Of a stretch of DNA of 17,245 nt, positions 1-10,006 are shown in pieces. Location of the stretch: NCBI GenBank assembly GCA_037381445.1, contig JARRQT010000033.1, forward strand, positions 1 to 17,245, in the 5' to 3' direction. The stretch's first letter is position 1; each line of letters starts with the position of its first letter. A program made the translations under genes and the position numbers. The notes beneath the pieces are model-generated. The model had not been told where the DNA came from, did not search any database, and saw nothing but the letters and a program-made list of their open reading frames with translations. This stretch comes from Calditrichia bacterium. Its GTDB lineage: Bacteria; Calditrichota; Calditrichia; RBG-13-44-9.

Positions 1-1
1 T

Positions 2-31
2 TTGAATTACATTTCTTAATGTTTTTATTAT
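2..31 (+). promoter_or_regulatory. Candidate sigma70 promoter for the kdsB-pyrG cluster
   Basis: TTGAAT (2-7), 18-bp spacer, TATTAT (26-31) in AT-rich DNA upstream of kdsB; motif match only. Confidence 0.3.
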
Positions 32-102
32 GAGAAGACGTGAAACCGGACAATGATGAAAAATATGAATCTCTCTTTAAAAATGACGGGAAACAGCAAC
101 TG

Positions 103-2476
<2,374 letters not shown>

Positions 2477-2497
2477 CAAGCGAAAAAGGTAGTCGAA

Positions 2498-2872
2498 ATG
2501 GCTGTATATAAAATAAAGGACTTTTCGGAAATTGATTTTGTGAAAATAAATCCTGCCGAGGATGTTTTTGTTTTACCCGATGGAAAAGAGTATCAGTTTA
2601 GTGATCATATCTGTGATTTCTGCTGGGCGGGCGGAACGGTTCTCGAGTCCGCCGGCAATGAGAAAAAATACGTGTGTACCTTATGCCATAATGAATTGGC
2701 CTGGCATGAATTCAAAAACGATTTTTTACCACCCACCGGGGACACGCTTCGCTTTCTGTTGCCCGAAACATGGTCCCAAGAGCAGATTAAGGAATGGTTC
2801 GAAAGCTACAAAGAAAGACGTCTGGCGCAGGAAGAGGTGCGCAAGGATATTCTGGAAAACGGGATAGAATGA
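2498..2872 (+). CDS. Hypothetical 124-aa protein with two CxxC pairs (putative zinc ribbon)
   Basis: ATG 21 nt after the pyrG stop with AAGGT upstream. CDFC and CTLC pairs, charged helical C-terminus, no signal peptide. Confidence 0.75.
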   Translation: MAVYKIKDFSEIDFVKINPAEDVFVLPDGKEYQFSDHICDFCWAGGTVLESAGNEKKYVCTLCHNELAWHEFKNDFLPPTGDTLRFLLPETWSQEQIKEWFESYKERRLAQEEVRKDILENGIE

Positions 2873-2977
2873 AAGTAATTTGTGCAACTCAAGGTTAAAA
2901 ATGAATTTATCTAATTCCCGCGATCAGGATAGCATTTTCAAAACCGGTTACGGGTGAAAAAACAGAGCAGAAACAGA

Positions 2978-3793
2978 ATGGTTGAAATTAATAGCATTAA
3001 AATTGATCTTGGACAGAAACTGACTTTTATAGCCGGTCCCTGCGTGATAGAAAATGAGAGTATGATAATGAAAACTGCCGAGGCGCTCAAACTTGCTCTG
3101 GAGAGCATCCCGGCGCAGTTCATTTTTAAATCATCCTACCGTAAAGCGAACCGTACTTCCATCAGCGGGTTTTCGGGTCTGGATTTTGTGGAGGCGCTGA
3201 GAATTTTACGGCGGGTACGCAGCGAACTGGAATTGCCCGTCCTCACCGACGTGCACAATGAGATGGAAATTCCCATCGTCGCGGAGGTGGCAGATGTCAT
3301 TCAGATTCCTGCTTTTCTGTCCCGCCAGACAGATTTGCTCATTGCCGCCGGTCGTACCAAAAAGGCGGTTAACATTAAAAAGGGTCAGTTTCTGGCGCCG
3401 GAAGATATGGCTAAAGCGGCCGAAAAAGTGGCCAGCACCGGCAACGAGAAGATTTTGCTTACCGAGCGGGGAACAAGCTTCGGATATCGCAATCTGGTTG
3501 TGGATATGCGCGGCCTACTCGTGATGCAGCGAACCAGCTACCCGGTGGTCTACGATGCAACCCACAGTGTTCAGATTCCCAGCGGGCTGGGAACGGCCAG
3601 CGGGGGACAGCCTCAGTTCATTTTGCCCTTGGCAAAGGCCGCGCTGGCCAGCGGTGCGGTGAGCGCTCTCTTTATGGAAGTGCATCCCGATCCGTCAAAC
3701 GCACTCAGTGATGCCGCAACCCAATTCCCCCTTCGGCAATTTCGGAAAGCGGCTGAGAAACTAATTGAGATTTATGAAATTGCAAAATCCTGA
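2978..3793 (+). CDS. kdsA: Kdo-8-phosphate synthase (metal-dependent type)
   Basis: IAGPCVIE, KSSYRKANRTS, QIPAFLSRQTDL, NIKKGQF, ERGTSFGY, DATHSVQ, FMEVHP, LSD. ATG 2978 preferred; GTG 2954 possible. Confidence 0.97.
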   Translation: MVEINSIKIDLGQKLTFIAGPCVIENESMIMKTAEALKLALESIPAQFIFKSSYRKANRTSISGFSGLDFVEALRILRRVRSELELPVLTDVHNEMEIPIVAEVADVIQIPAFLSRQTDLLIAAGRTKKAVNIKKGQFLAPEDMAKAAEKVASTGNEKILLTERGTSFGYRNLVVDMRGLLVMQRTSYPVVYDATHSVQIPSGLGTASGGQPQFILPLAKAALASGAVSALFMEVHPDPSNALSDAATQFPLRQFRKAAEKLIEIYEIAKS

Positions 3794-3852
3794 GCTAATT
3801 ATTTACCACTGGGCTATTAGAGGATAGACCGAGATACGGAGATAAAAAAAGT

Positions 3853-4398
3853 ATGATGAAAGACGGCAGAGTTTCCCTCGATGTAATGGAGCGGGCGAAG
3901 AATATCGCGGTAATTTTAATGGATGTGGATGGAGTGATGACTGGCGCGAAAATTGTCTATGACAGCAATGGCCTTGAGATTAAGCATTTCAATGCCCACG
4001 ATGGTTTGGGAATTAAACTGGCGCGTGTCGCGGGATTAAAAACCGGAATTATTTCTGCCCGGGAAAGCGGAACCATCCGCGTCCGGGCAAAAGAAATTGG
4101 AATGGATTATCTGTTTCTGGGGCGCGATAAAAAACTGGCCGCTTTTAAAACATTGCAGGAAGAACTAAAGTTGAATTCACAAAATTTTTGCTTCATTGGA
4201 GATGATCTGCCGGACATTCCTGTGATTCGGGAGGTTGGGCTGGGGGTTGCGGTACATAATGCAACCGATCTGACCAAACAGCACGCCGTATACATCACTC
4301 GGAGAGACGGGGGAGATGGCGCGGTTCGTGAAGTTGTAGAACTCATTCTCGATGCTCAGGGGAAACTGGAATCGGCGGTTCAAAAAATTTGGGAATAG
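3853..4398 (+). CDS. kdsC: Kdo-8-phosphate phosphatase (HAD family)
   Basis: MDVDGVMT, FNAHDGLG, IGDDLPD, GGDGAVRE; lies between kdsA and kdsD. Confidence 0.94.
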   Translation: MMKDGRVSLDVMERAKNIAVILMDVDGVMTGAKIVYDSNGLEIKHFNAHDGLGIKLARVAGLKTGIISARESGTIRVRAKEIGMDYLFLGRDKKLAAFKTLQEELKLNSQNFCFIGDDLPDIPVIREVGLGVAVHNATDLTKQHAVYITRRDGGDGAVREVVELILDAQGKLESAVQKIWE

Positions 4399-4447
4399 CC
4401 GTCCCCTGCTGCGTAGATAGAATAAAAAAAGACGCTGGACAGAATAG

Positions 4448-5428
4448 ATGGAAAAAAATCAGCATAAAAACAATGCTCTTGAAACTGCCTACCGGGTGAT
4501 TGACCAGGAAATTGAAGCGATTAAAAAAATGCGCATTGCATTGAACGGCAGTTTCCAGGAAGCTGTCGATCTTATTCTCTCCCGCCAGGGAAGGGTAATT
4601 GTAACGGGTCTTGGGAAATCCGGGGCTATTGGGCGAAAAGTGGCAGCCACATTCGCTTCTACCGGAACTGCGGCCTATTTTCTTCATGCATCGGAAGGGA
4701 TCCACGGTGATCTGGGGCTGGTTCACAAAGATGATGTAGTGATTTGCCTTTCAAAAAGCGGTAGCACCGATGAATTGAACTACCTGCTGCCTGTGTTCAC
4801 TAAACTTGGAGTTCCCATCATTTCGATCACCTCCAATCCGCTATCGGTTCTCGCCAAGCATAGTGATGTGGTGCTGGACTTCGATGTGAGGGAAGAAGCC
4901 TGTCCCCATGATCTGGCGCCGACGTCAAGTACTACGGCAATGGTGGTTTTAGGGGATGCCCTGGCGATTGCTTTGCTGGAGCGAAGACATTTCAGCCGGG
5001 AAGATTTTGCCTTCTTGCACCCTGCTGGAAGCCTGGGAAGAAGACTTCTCCTCCGAGTCGACGATATCATGGAGACCGGCGACCAGGTGCCTTTTGTTTC
5101 CCCGGGGGCAACCATGAAGGAAGCGGTGCTGGAAATGGCTTCAAAAAGAGGCATTTGCATGATTGTCGATCCCAATAAGAAGATTTTGGGCATATTGACG
5201 ACCGGCGATCTGAACCGTTTGGTGGAGCGGACAGAACACTTTTTTCATATTCCTGTTACGGAAGTCATGACGGTAACGCCAAAAATGATAAAGAGCAAAA
5301 CTCTGGCCTATACAGCGTATAAAAAAATGGAAGAATTCCGCATCATCGCCATGCCTGTCGTTGATGATGAGAATAAACTGGTGGGAATTATCCACCTGCA
5401 CGACATCATGCGGGCCGGAATTTTTTAA
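4448..5428 (+). CDS. kdsD: Arabinose-5-phosphate isomerase (KpsF/GutQ family, SIS plus 2 CBS domains)
   Basis: VTGLGKSG, HASEGIHGDLG, SKSG, LAPTSST, FAFLHPAGSLG; C-terminal CBS pair ending GIIHLHDI. Confidence 0.95.
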   Translation: MEKNQHKNNALETAYRVIDQEIEAIKKMRIALNGSFQEAVDLILSRQGRVIVTGLGKSGAIGRKVAATFASTGTAAYFLHASEGIHGDLGLVHKDDVVICLSKSGSTDELNYLLPVFTKLGVPIISITSNPLSVLAKHSDVVLDFDVREEACPHDLAPTSSTTAMVVLGDALAIALLERRHFSREDFAFLHPAGSLGRRLLLRVDDIMETGDQVPFVSPGATMKEAVLEMASKRGICMIVDPNKKILGILTTGDLNRLVERTEHFFHIPVTEVMTVTPKMIKSKTLAYTAYKKMEEFRIIAMPVVDDENKLVGIIHLHDIMRAGIF

Positions 5429-5707
5429 ATGGATCGGTTCTCATGATCACTGCAGTCGAAGTGGTCAGGGGATTTGATACATTTCGGGAATGATTTTTTG
5501 ACGCAACCAGACTGTCTCTGTTCTTCCGAGAATTTTAAAATGAATATTTTTTGTCAATTTTTTGCGGGATAAGCCGATACCTAAATTATTATGGAACTTC
5601 TGCGGGTGTTTTACGATAAATGTGAACAGCGGAATAACAGGATTCAAAGCAATAAATGATTTAATTCAGGATAGTTTTCAACTGGTTATTTTTACTAGAA
5701 CAGAAAA

Positions 5708-6262
5708 ATGAAACAAAAGATATTAATCTTTATCACATTACTTACAATTGGATTAGCGGGCTGCGGTAAAATCGAAAACGAGCAACAGCCCACTAGTTCA
5801 CAGGATAAGGTGGATTTCCCCGATCAGGAAAGCTGGAATTCTACTATTACCATCACCCGGGACGCCAACCGCATGGCTGAGGTTTGGGCCGGTTATATGG
5901 CTTTGTACAATACGAAAAACATGGTGGTGCTAAAAGACAGCATTCATGTGGATTTCTTCGACAAAAACGGGCAGCATAATTCAGTGCTCACTGCAGACAG
6001 CGGGGTCGTCTATAACCAGACCAACAACCTGATTGCAACAGGCCATGTCGTGGTTGTCTCCGACAGCGGAATCGTGCTTCGAACCAGAGAACTCCGCTGG
6101 GACAATCAGCGGCAGAAAATAATCAGCGACACGCAGGTACGTTTCACAACCAAAGAGGATACTCTGATAGGCGATTCTTTTGTCTCAGATCCGGATTTGA
6201 AGAATTATGAAATTCGCAATGCACATGGTTATTCAGGCCGAAAGATCCCCTTAGAGAAATGA
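5708..6262 (+). CDS. lptC: LPS export periplasmic protein LptC (lipoprotein-type N-terminus)
   Basis: Position before lptA/lptB. Beta-jellyroll-like sequence (VDFFDKNG..SVLTADSG, LRTRELRWD). Signal peptide ending in the lipobox LAGC. Confidence 0.85.
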   Translation: MKQKILIFITLLTIGLAGCGKIENEQQPTSSQDKVDFPDQESWNSTITITRDANRMAEVWAGYMALYNTKNMVVLKDSIHVDFFDKNGQHNSVLTADSGVVYNQTNNLIATGHVVVVSDSGIVLRTRELRWDNQRQKIISDTQVRFTTKEDTLIGDSFVSDPDLKNYEIRNAHGYSGRKIPLEK

Positions 6263-7398
6263 AGCAAATCCCGAACGTAATACAACCTAAAACAGTTTTC
6301 TACCTCATTTGTCTGGTAATATTATCCGGAAGCCTGCTAGGAATGATGGACGACGGGCAAAATGATGCTCCTGCCTCCTCAAGGTTGGAATTACTGCATG
6401 CGGACTATTCCAGGGGAACCATGCAAAATGGAAGACCACTGAAGATTTTGGAGGGAAATGTATACGCCCGGCAGGATACCCTTCAGCTCTGGTGCCAGCG
6501 GGCCGTTTACAATGAGCAGGAAAAAAACATCATGCTAACCGGAAGGGTGAAACTCGTGCGGGGCAGCGATACGCTCACTGCCATTCAGGTCACCTATTAT
6601 GAAGAAACCAAACTTGCTGTTGCAGTCGGGAATGTGGAGGTGCGCCGGCCGGGACGGTTTCTGCAGACCGACCACCTGGAATATTATTATGGCTCCGACA
6701 AGATTCGCGCCAGAGGCCATCTGAAGCTTGATGATCAGGAAAATTTTGTCCACATTACGGCCGGCGCCGGAGAATACCTGCCCGATGAGAAACGGACTTA
6801 TGTGGAAGATCATGCGCATTTATGGCAAATTGACAGTACCGCTACGGACACCCTCAACATCTTCAGCCGTCGAATGGATTATTTTTTCGGAGAAGAACGG
6901 CTCGCCATTGCCATCGATTCAGTCCGGATAATCCAGGGACTCCTGCATGCCCGCTGTGATTCCGCAGTCTACGATCTGGATACGGAAATCGCCTACCTGG
7001 AGAAAGAGCCCTACGCCGTACAGGAAAATAATGAGATGTTCGGGAAGCAAATGGCATTGATCCTTAAGGATATGGAGCTGGAGCAAATCCGGATTTCCGG
7101 AGGCGCCCGGGCTGTGTCGGTTGTGGACTCTGCGCGGGAAAAGGAAAATCGGTTGGAAGGCCGGGAAATCATAATGTATATTTCCAACCGGAAATTGCGG
7201 GAATTGAAAGCAATATCTAATGCGAGAAGCACCTATTATTTAAAAGAAAAAAAGGAAGATAAAGGGGTAAATGTGGCCTCTGCCGATACTATTAAAGCAT
7301 TTTTTGAGAAAAATGAATTGGACAGCATCGCGGTCATCGGCGGTTCACAGGGAACATTTTACCCGGAGGATTACAAAGGGCCAATCGCTCAGGAGTAA
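6259..7398 (+). CDS. lptA: LptA/OstA-like LPS transport protein with tandem beta-jellyroll segments
   Basis: ATGA overlap with lptC. N-terminal hydrophobic signal. Repeated OstA-like strands (LEGNVYARQ, LTGRVKLVRG, AVGNVEV). Directly upstream of lptB. Confidence 0.75.
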   Translation: MKQIPNVIQPKTVFYLICLVILSGSLLGMMDDGQNDAPASSRLELLHADYSRGTMQNGRPLKILEGNVYARQDTLQLWCQRAVYNEQEKNIMLTGRVKLVRGSDTLTAIQVTYYEETKLAVAVGNVEVRRPGRFLQTDHLEYYYGSDKIRARGHLKLDDQENFVHITAGAGEYLPDEKRTYVEDHAHLWQIDSTATDTLNIFSRRMDYFFGEERLAIAIDSVRIIQGLLHARCDSAVYDLDTEIAYLEKEPYAVQENNEMFGKQMALILKDMELEQIRISGGARAVSVVDSAREKENRLEGREIIMYISNRKLRELKAISNARSTYYLKEKKEDKGVNVASADTIKAFFEKNELDSIAVIGGSQGTFYPEDYKGPIAQE

Positions 7399-8157
7399 TT
7401 GTTGGATCAGGAATTCGAAAATCAGGAAAGAGCAATTTTACACACCGTCGATCTGGTAAAAATTTACGGAAAACGGCGGGTTGTGGACAAAGTCAGCCTG
7501 CAGGTGAGGCAGGGAGAAATTGTGGGTTTGCTTGGTCCAAACGGGGCGGGGAAGACGACCTCTTTCTACATGATTACGGGACTGATCCAGCCCGACGGCG
7601 GGAAAATATTCTTCAATGATGACGATATCACCCGTTTGCCGATGTACAAACGGGCCCGCAAGGGGATTTCCTATCTGCCGCAGGAGGCTTCCATTTTCCG
7701 GAAACTAACGGTTGAGGAAAATCTCATGGCAATCCTGGAAATGCTAGGCTACTCCCGGGCGGAAAGGAAAGTACGAACACAGGAATTAATGGAAGAGCTG
7801 GGAATCACTCACATCGCCGGGAACAAGGGTTACAATTTGTCCGGGGGAGAACGGCGCCGCACTGAAATCGCACGGACCCTGGTCACTAATCCCAGGTTTA
7901 TTCTATTGGATGAACCGTTTGCCGGGGTGGATCCGATCGCTGTGCAGGATATCCAGAACATTGTCATGAAGCTGAAGAGCAAAAATATCGGTGTGCTGAT
8001 TACCGACCACAATGTTCATGAAACCCTTTCTATTACGGACCATGCTTATCTCCTCTTTGAAGGCAGAATTTTGAAGCAGGGCGACAGCGAGGCGCTGGCC
8101 AATGATCCCGAAGCGCGCAAGCTTTACTTGGGAGACAAATTCCGCCTCTACCGGTAA
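7399..8157 (+). CDS. lptB: LPS export ABC transporter ATP-binding protein
   Basis: Walker [50 protein letters not shown] start at 7399 or 7402 with AGGAG at 7391-7395. Confidence 0.97.
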   Translation: MLDQEFENQERAILHTVDLVKIYGKRRVVDKVSLQVRQGEIVGLLGPNGAGKTTSFYMITGLIQPDGGKIFFNDDDITRLPMYKRARKGISYLPQEASIFRKLTVEENLMAILEMLGYSRAERKVRTQELMEELGITHIAGNKGYNLSGGERRRTEIARTLVTNPRFILLDEPFAGVDPIAVQDIQNIVMKLKSKNIGVLITDHNVHETLSITDHAYLLFEGRILKQGDSEALANDPEARKLYLGDKFRLYR

Positions 8158-8272
8158 ATAATAATAGCTGCAAGATCTTTCAAAAAATCTCCCATTTAAA
8201 TCCGGGCAGATTGAAGATACATCTCACGAATTCTTGTAATAACATATTAAAAGTTGCTCCATTGCCTGAAAT

Positions 8273-8302
8273 AAAAAAAGGCGGCTTTTTAACCGCCCTT
8301 TT
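8273..8302 (-). terminator. Rho-independent terminator after the pfk gene, probably bidirectional
   Basis: GGCGG (8280-8284)/CCGCC (8293-8297) stem. A-tract on the left gives U7 on the - strand and TTTT lies on the right. Located between convergent lptB and pfk. Confidence 0.8.
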
Positions 8303-8330
8303 AACACTGCCGCAGATCAATTGTGGAACT

Positions 8331-9740
8331 TTATTTTTCCTTTTTTGAATTGTTTTTCTGAGTCTCCGCTTCCACTTCTTCCGTTTTTTTCTGCACCTCA
8401 ACGCCGGCTGCCGGATTTATCTCCATCCGGCGAACCTTTCGGACCGCAGAATTCTTATGTAAAAAATCATTGGTGGAGTCCCATACATCAGATTCTGCAA
8501 TATAGATAAAGCGGTTTCTGAATTCTTCCAGGCTGATACCGGCTGTGGCAGCATATTTTGCCAGCTCATGGGGATCATTAAAATCATCCTTGCTCAGGCG
8601 CAGCATGTAGCGTCTGCCAATTTGGTAATACTCCGATTTTACATCCACCATCCGCACCCGGGTGCGTTTTGTTTTGGGATCAATGATCTGATTAAAAAAC
8701 ATTGGCACAAATCTGCCTTCCTGTATTGAAATCATGGCCGCATTTCCACCCTCAAGAAGAAACTGGGCAGCAAGATAACCCAAATCCCGGGTATATTCCA
8801 TATCGAACGGGATTGGGTCTGCGCAGCGGAGTTCATAACCAATATTCTTCGCCACAATTGTGGATTTAATTCCATAATTTTTCAGAACATCCTGAACATG
8901 GTATTTTAAAATCTCTCCGAAATTGACTTCGGCCAACCGGATATTGTCATGCGCATCCCGTTCAATGTGGACCAGGGCTTCCAGTTCTTCGTGGTCCAGG
9001 CGCTCCACAAGCCCTTCTGCCAGAACCGCCACGCCGTCCGGGCGCCCATAGCTTAACCTTTTGATGATTGCCCCAACCAGGATGTCGACAATTTTGGAAA
9101 GTTTGATTTTGGTTTCGGGGAATTCCTCGGGAATAATAGTCATGGTAGCACCTGCAGCTTTCCCGATCCCTAATGCCAGATGCCCGGCTTTGCGGCCCAT
9201 GGAAACTACAAAATACCAGCGGGAAGTGGTTTGGGCGTCTACCATCAGATTCTTGACGATTTCCACGCCATGGTGCTTGGCGGTCTGAAATCCGAAGGTG
9301 CTGATGCCGTGCGGCAGATCAAGATCATTGTCAATGGTCTTGGGAACGTGCACCACATGAATGCGTCCGTCAGCCATCTCTTCCACTTTCATGGCGCTGT
9401 ATGCCGTATCGTCTCCGCCGATAGTGATAAGTTTGTCCACGTTTAACCGCAGCAGCGATGTTACCACATTTTCAAGGTATTTTTTGTCTTTTGTGGGGTT
9501 GTCCCGTGCAATACCAATGTATGAACCGCCCCGGAAATGGATGCGGCTGACATCTTCAATGGACAGATGGCGGGTATGGGATATATCTCCCCGCATAATC
9601 CACTTGAATCCGTCCTGTATACCGATAACTTCCACGCCTTCCAGAATGGTACGAATAGTTGCTGCACTGATAACGCTGTTAATTCCAGGTGCAGGACCGC
9701 CTCCAACCAGAATTGCCGTGTTTTTAGGTGCAATTGTCAT
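8331..9740 (-). CDS. pfp: Pyrophosphate-dependent phosphofructokinase (diphosphate--fructose-6-phosphate 1-phosphotransferase)
   Basis: GGGPAPGIN, IGGDDT, VPKTIDND, SMGRKAG, GYELRCADP. GGDD plus PKTIDND is the PPi-specific signature. ATG 9740 with GGAGGAA RBS upstream. Confidence 0.9.
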   Translation of the reverse strand: MTIAPKNTAILVGGGPAPGINSVISAATIRTILEGVEVIGIQDGFKWIMRGDISHTRHLSIEDVSRIHFRGGSYIGIARDNPTKDKKYLENVVTSLLRLNVDKLITIGGDDTAYSAMKVEEMADGRIHVVHVPKTIDNDLDLPHGISTFGFQTAKHHGVEIVKNLMVDAQTTSRWYFVVSMGRKAGHLALGIGKAAGATMTIIPEEFPETKIKLSKIVDILVGAIIKRLSYGRPDGVAVLAEGLVERLDHEELEALVHIERDAHDNIRLAEVNFGEILKYHVQDVLKNYGIKSTIVAKNIGYELRCADPIPFDMEYTRDLGYLAAQFLLEGGNAAMISIQEGRFVPMFFNQIIDPKTKRTRVRMVDVKSEYYQIGRRYMLRLSKDDFNDPHELAKYAATAGISLEEFRNRFIYIAESDVWDSTNDFLHKNSAVRKVRRMEINPAAGVEVQKKTEEVEAETQKNNSKKEK

Positions 9741-9782
9741 GTGTGATTCCTCCACTTTATAGTCTTCCTTTTAGCCGGGCTA

Positions 9783-9811
9783 AATCTACCAACATTTCTT
9801 TATAAATTCAA
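9783..9811 (-). promoter_or_regulatory. Candidate sigma70 promoter of the PPi-PFK gene
   Basis: On the - strand TTGAAT (9811-9806), 17-bp spacer ending TGG, TAGATT (9788-9783); extended -10 TGn present. Confidence 0.5.
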
Positions 9812-9825
9812 GATGTATTACTTTG

Positions 9826-9850
9826 TTTTTATAACTATAGTTCATAAAAA
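9826..9850. promoter_or_regulatory. Palindromic candidate transcription-factor site upstream of the pfk promoter
   Basis: Perfect core AACTATAGTT (9833-9842) flanked by TTTTTAT and (C)ATAAAAA. Confidence 0.35.
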
Positions 9851-9940
9851 AGTAAGATTTTTCGGGCATTTGCTCATAGGCGAGATTGATAAAAAGCGAG
9901 GAGGAAACTGTAACAGCCTGTTTAGGGTGATTGCAGGTGG

Positions 9941-9965
9941 AAAGGGGTGAAATAAAATTCACCCC
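9941..9965 (-). terminator. Hairpin terminator after the peptidase gene
   Basis: GGGGTGAA (9944-9951)/TTCACCCC (9958-9965) perfect 8-bp stem, 6-nt loop, short U run on the - strand, about 40 nt past the stop at 10007. Confidence 0.65.
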
Positions 9966-10006
9966 ATGTAAAACATATTTTGATTCAGCCCGATCCTGCG
10001 GGTATG

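Noticed and set aside
2675..2689. CTLCH as a c-type heme attachment motif in the 124-aa protein
   Set aside because: No export signal, and a second CxxC pair suggests a zinc ribbon instead.
5465..5647. 60-aa - strand ORF in the kdsD-lptC gap
   Set aside because: Short, non-ATG start, no motif, opposes the cluster direction.
9944..9965. GTGAA...TTCAC as a Rex operator
   Set aside because: Spacer is 6 bp rather than 4 and the flanks are G/C; its position after a stop codon fits a terminator.
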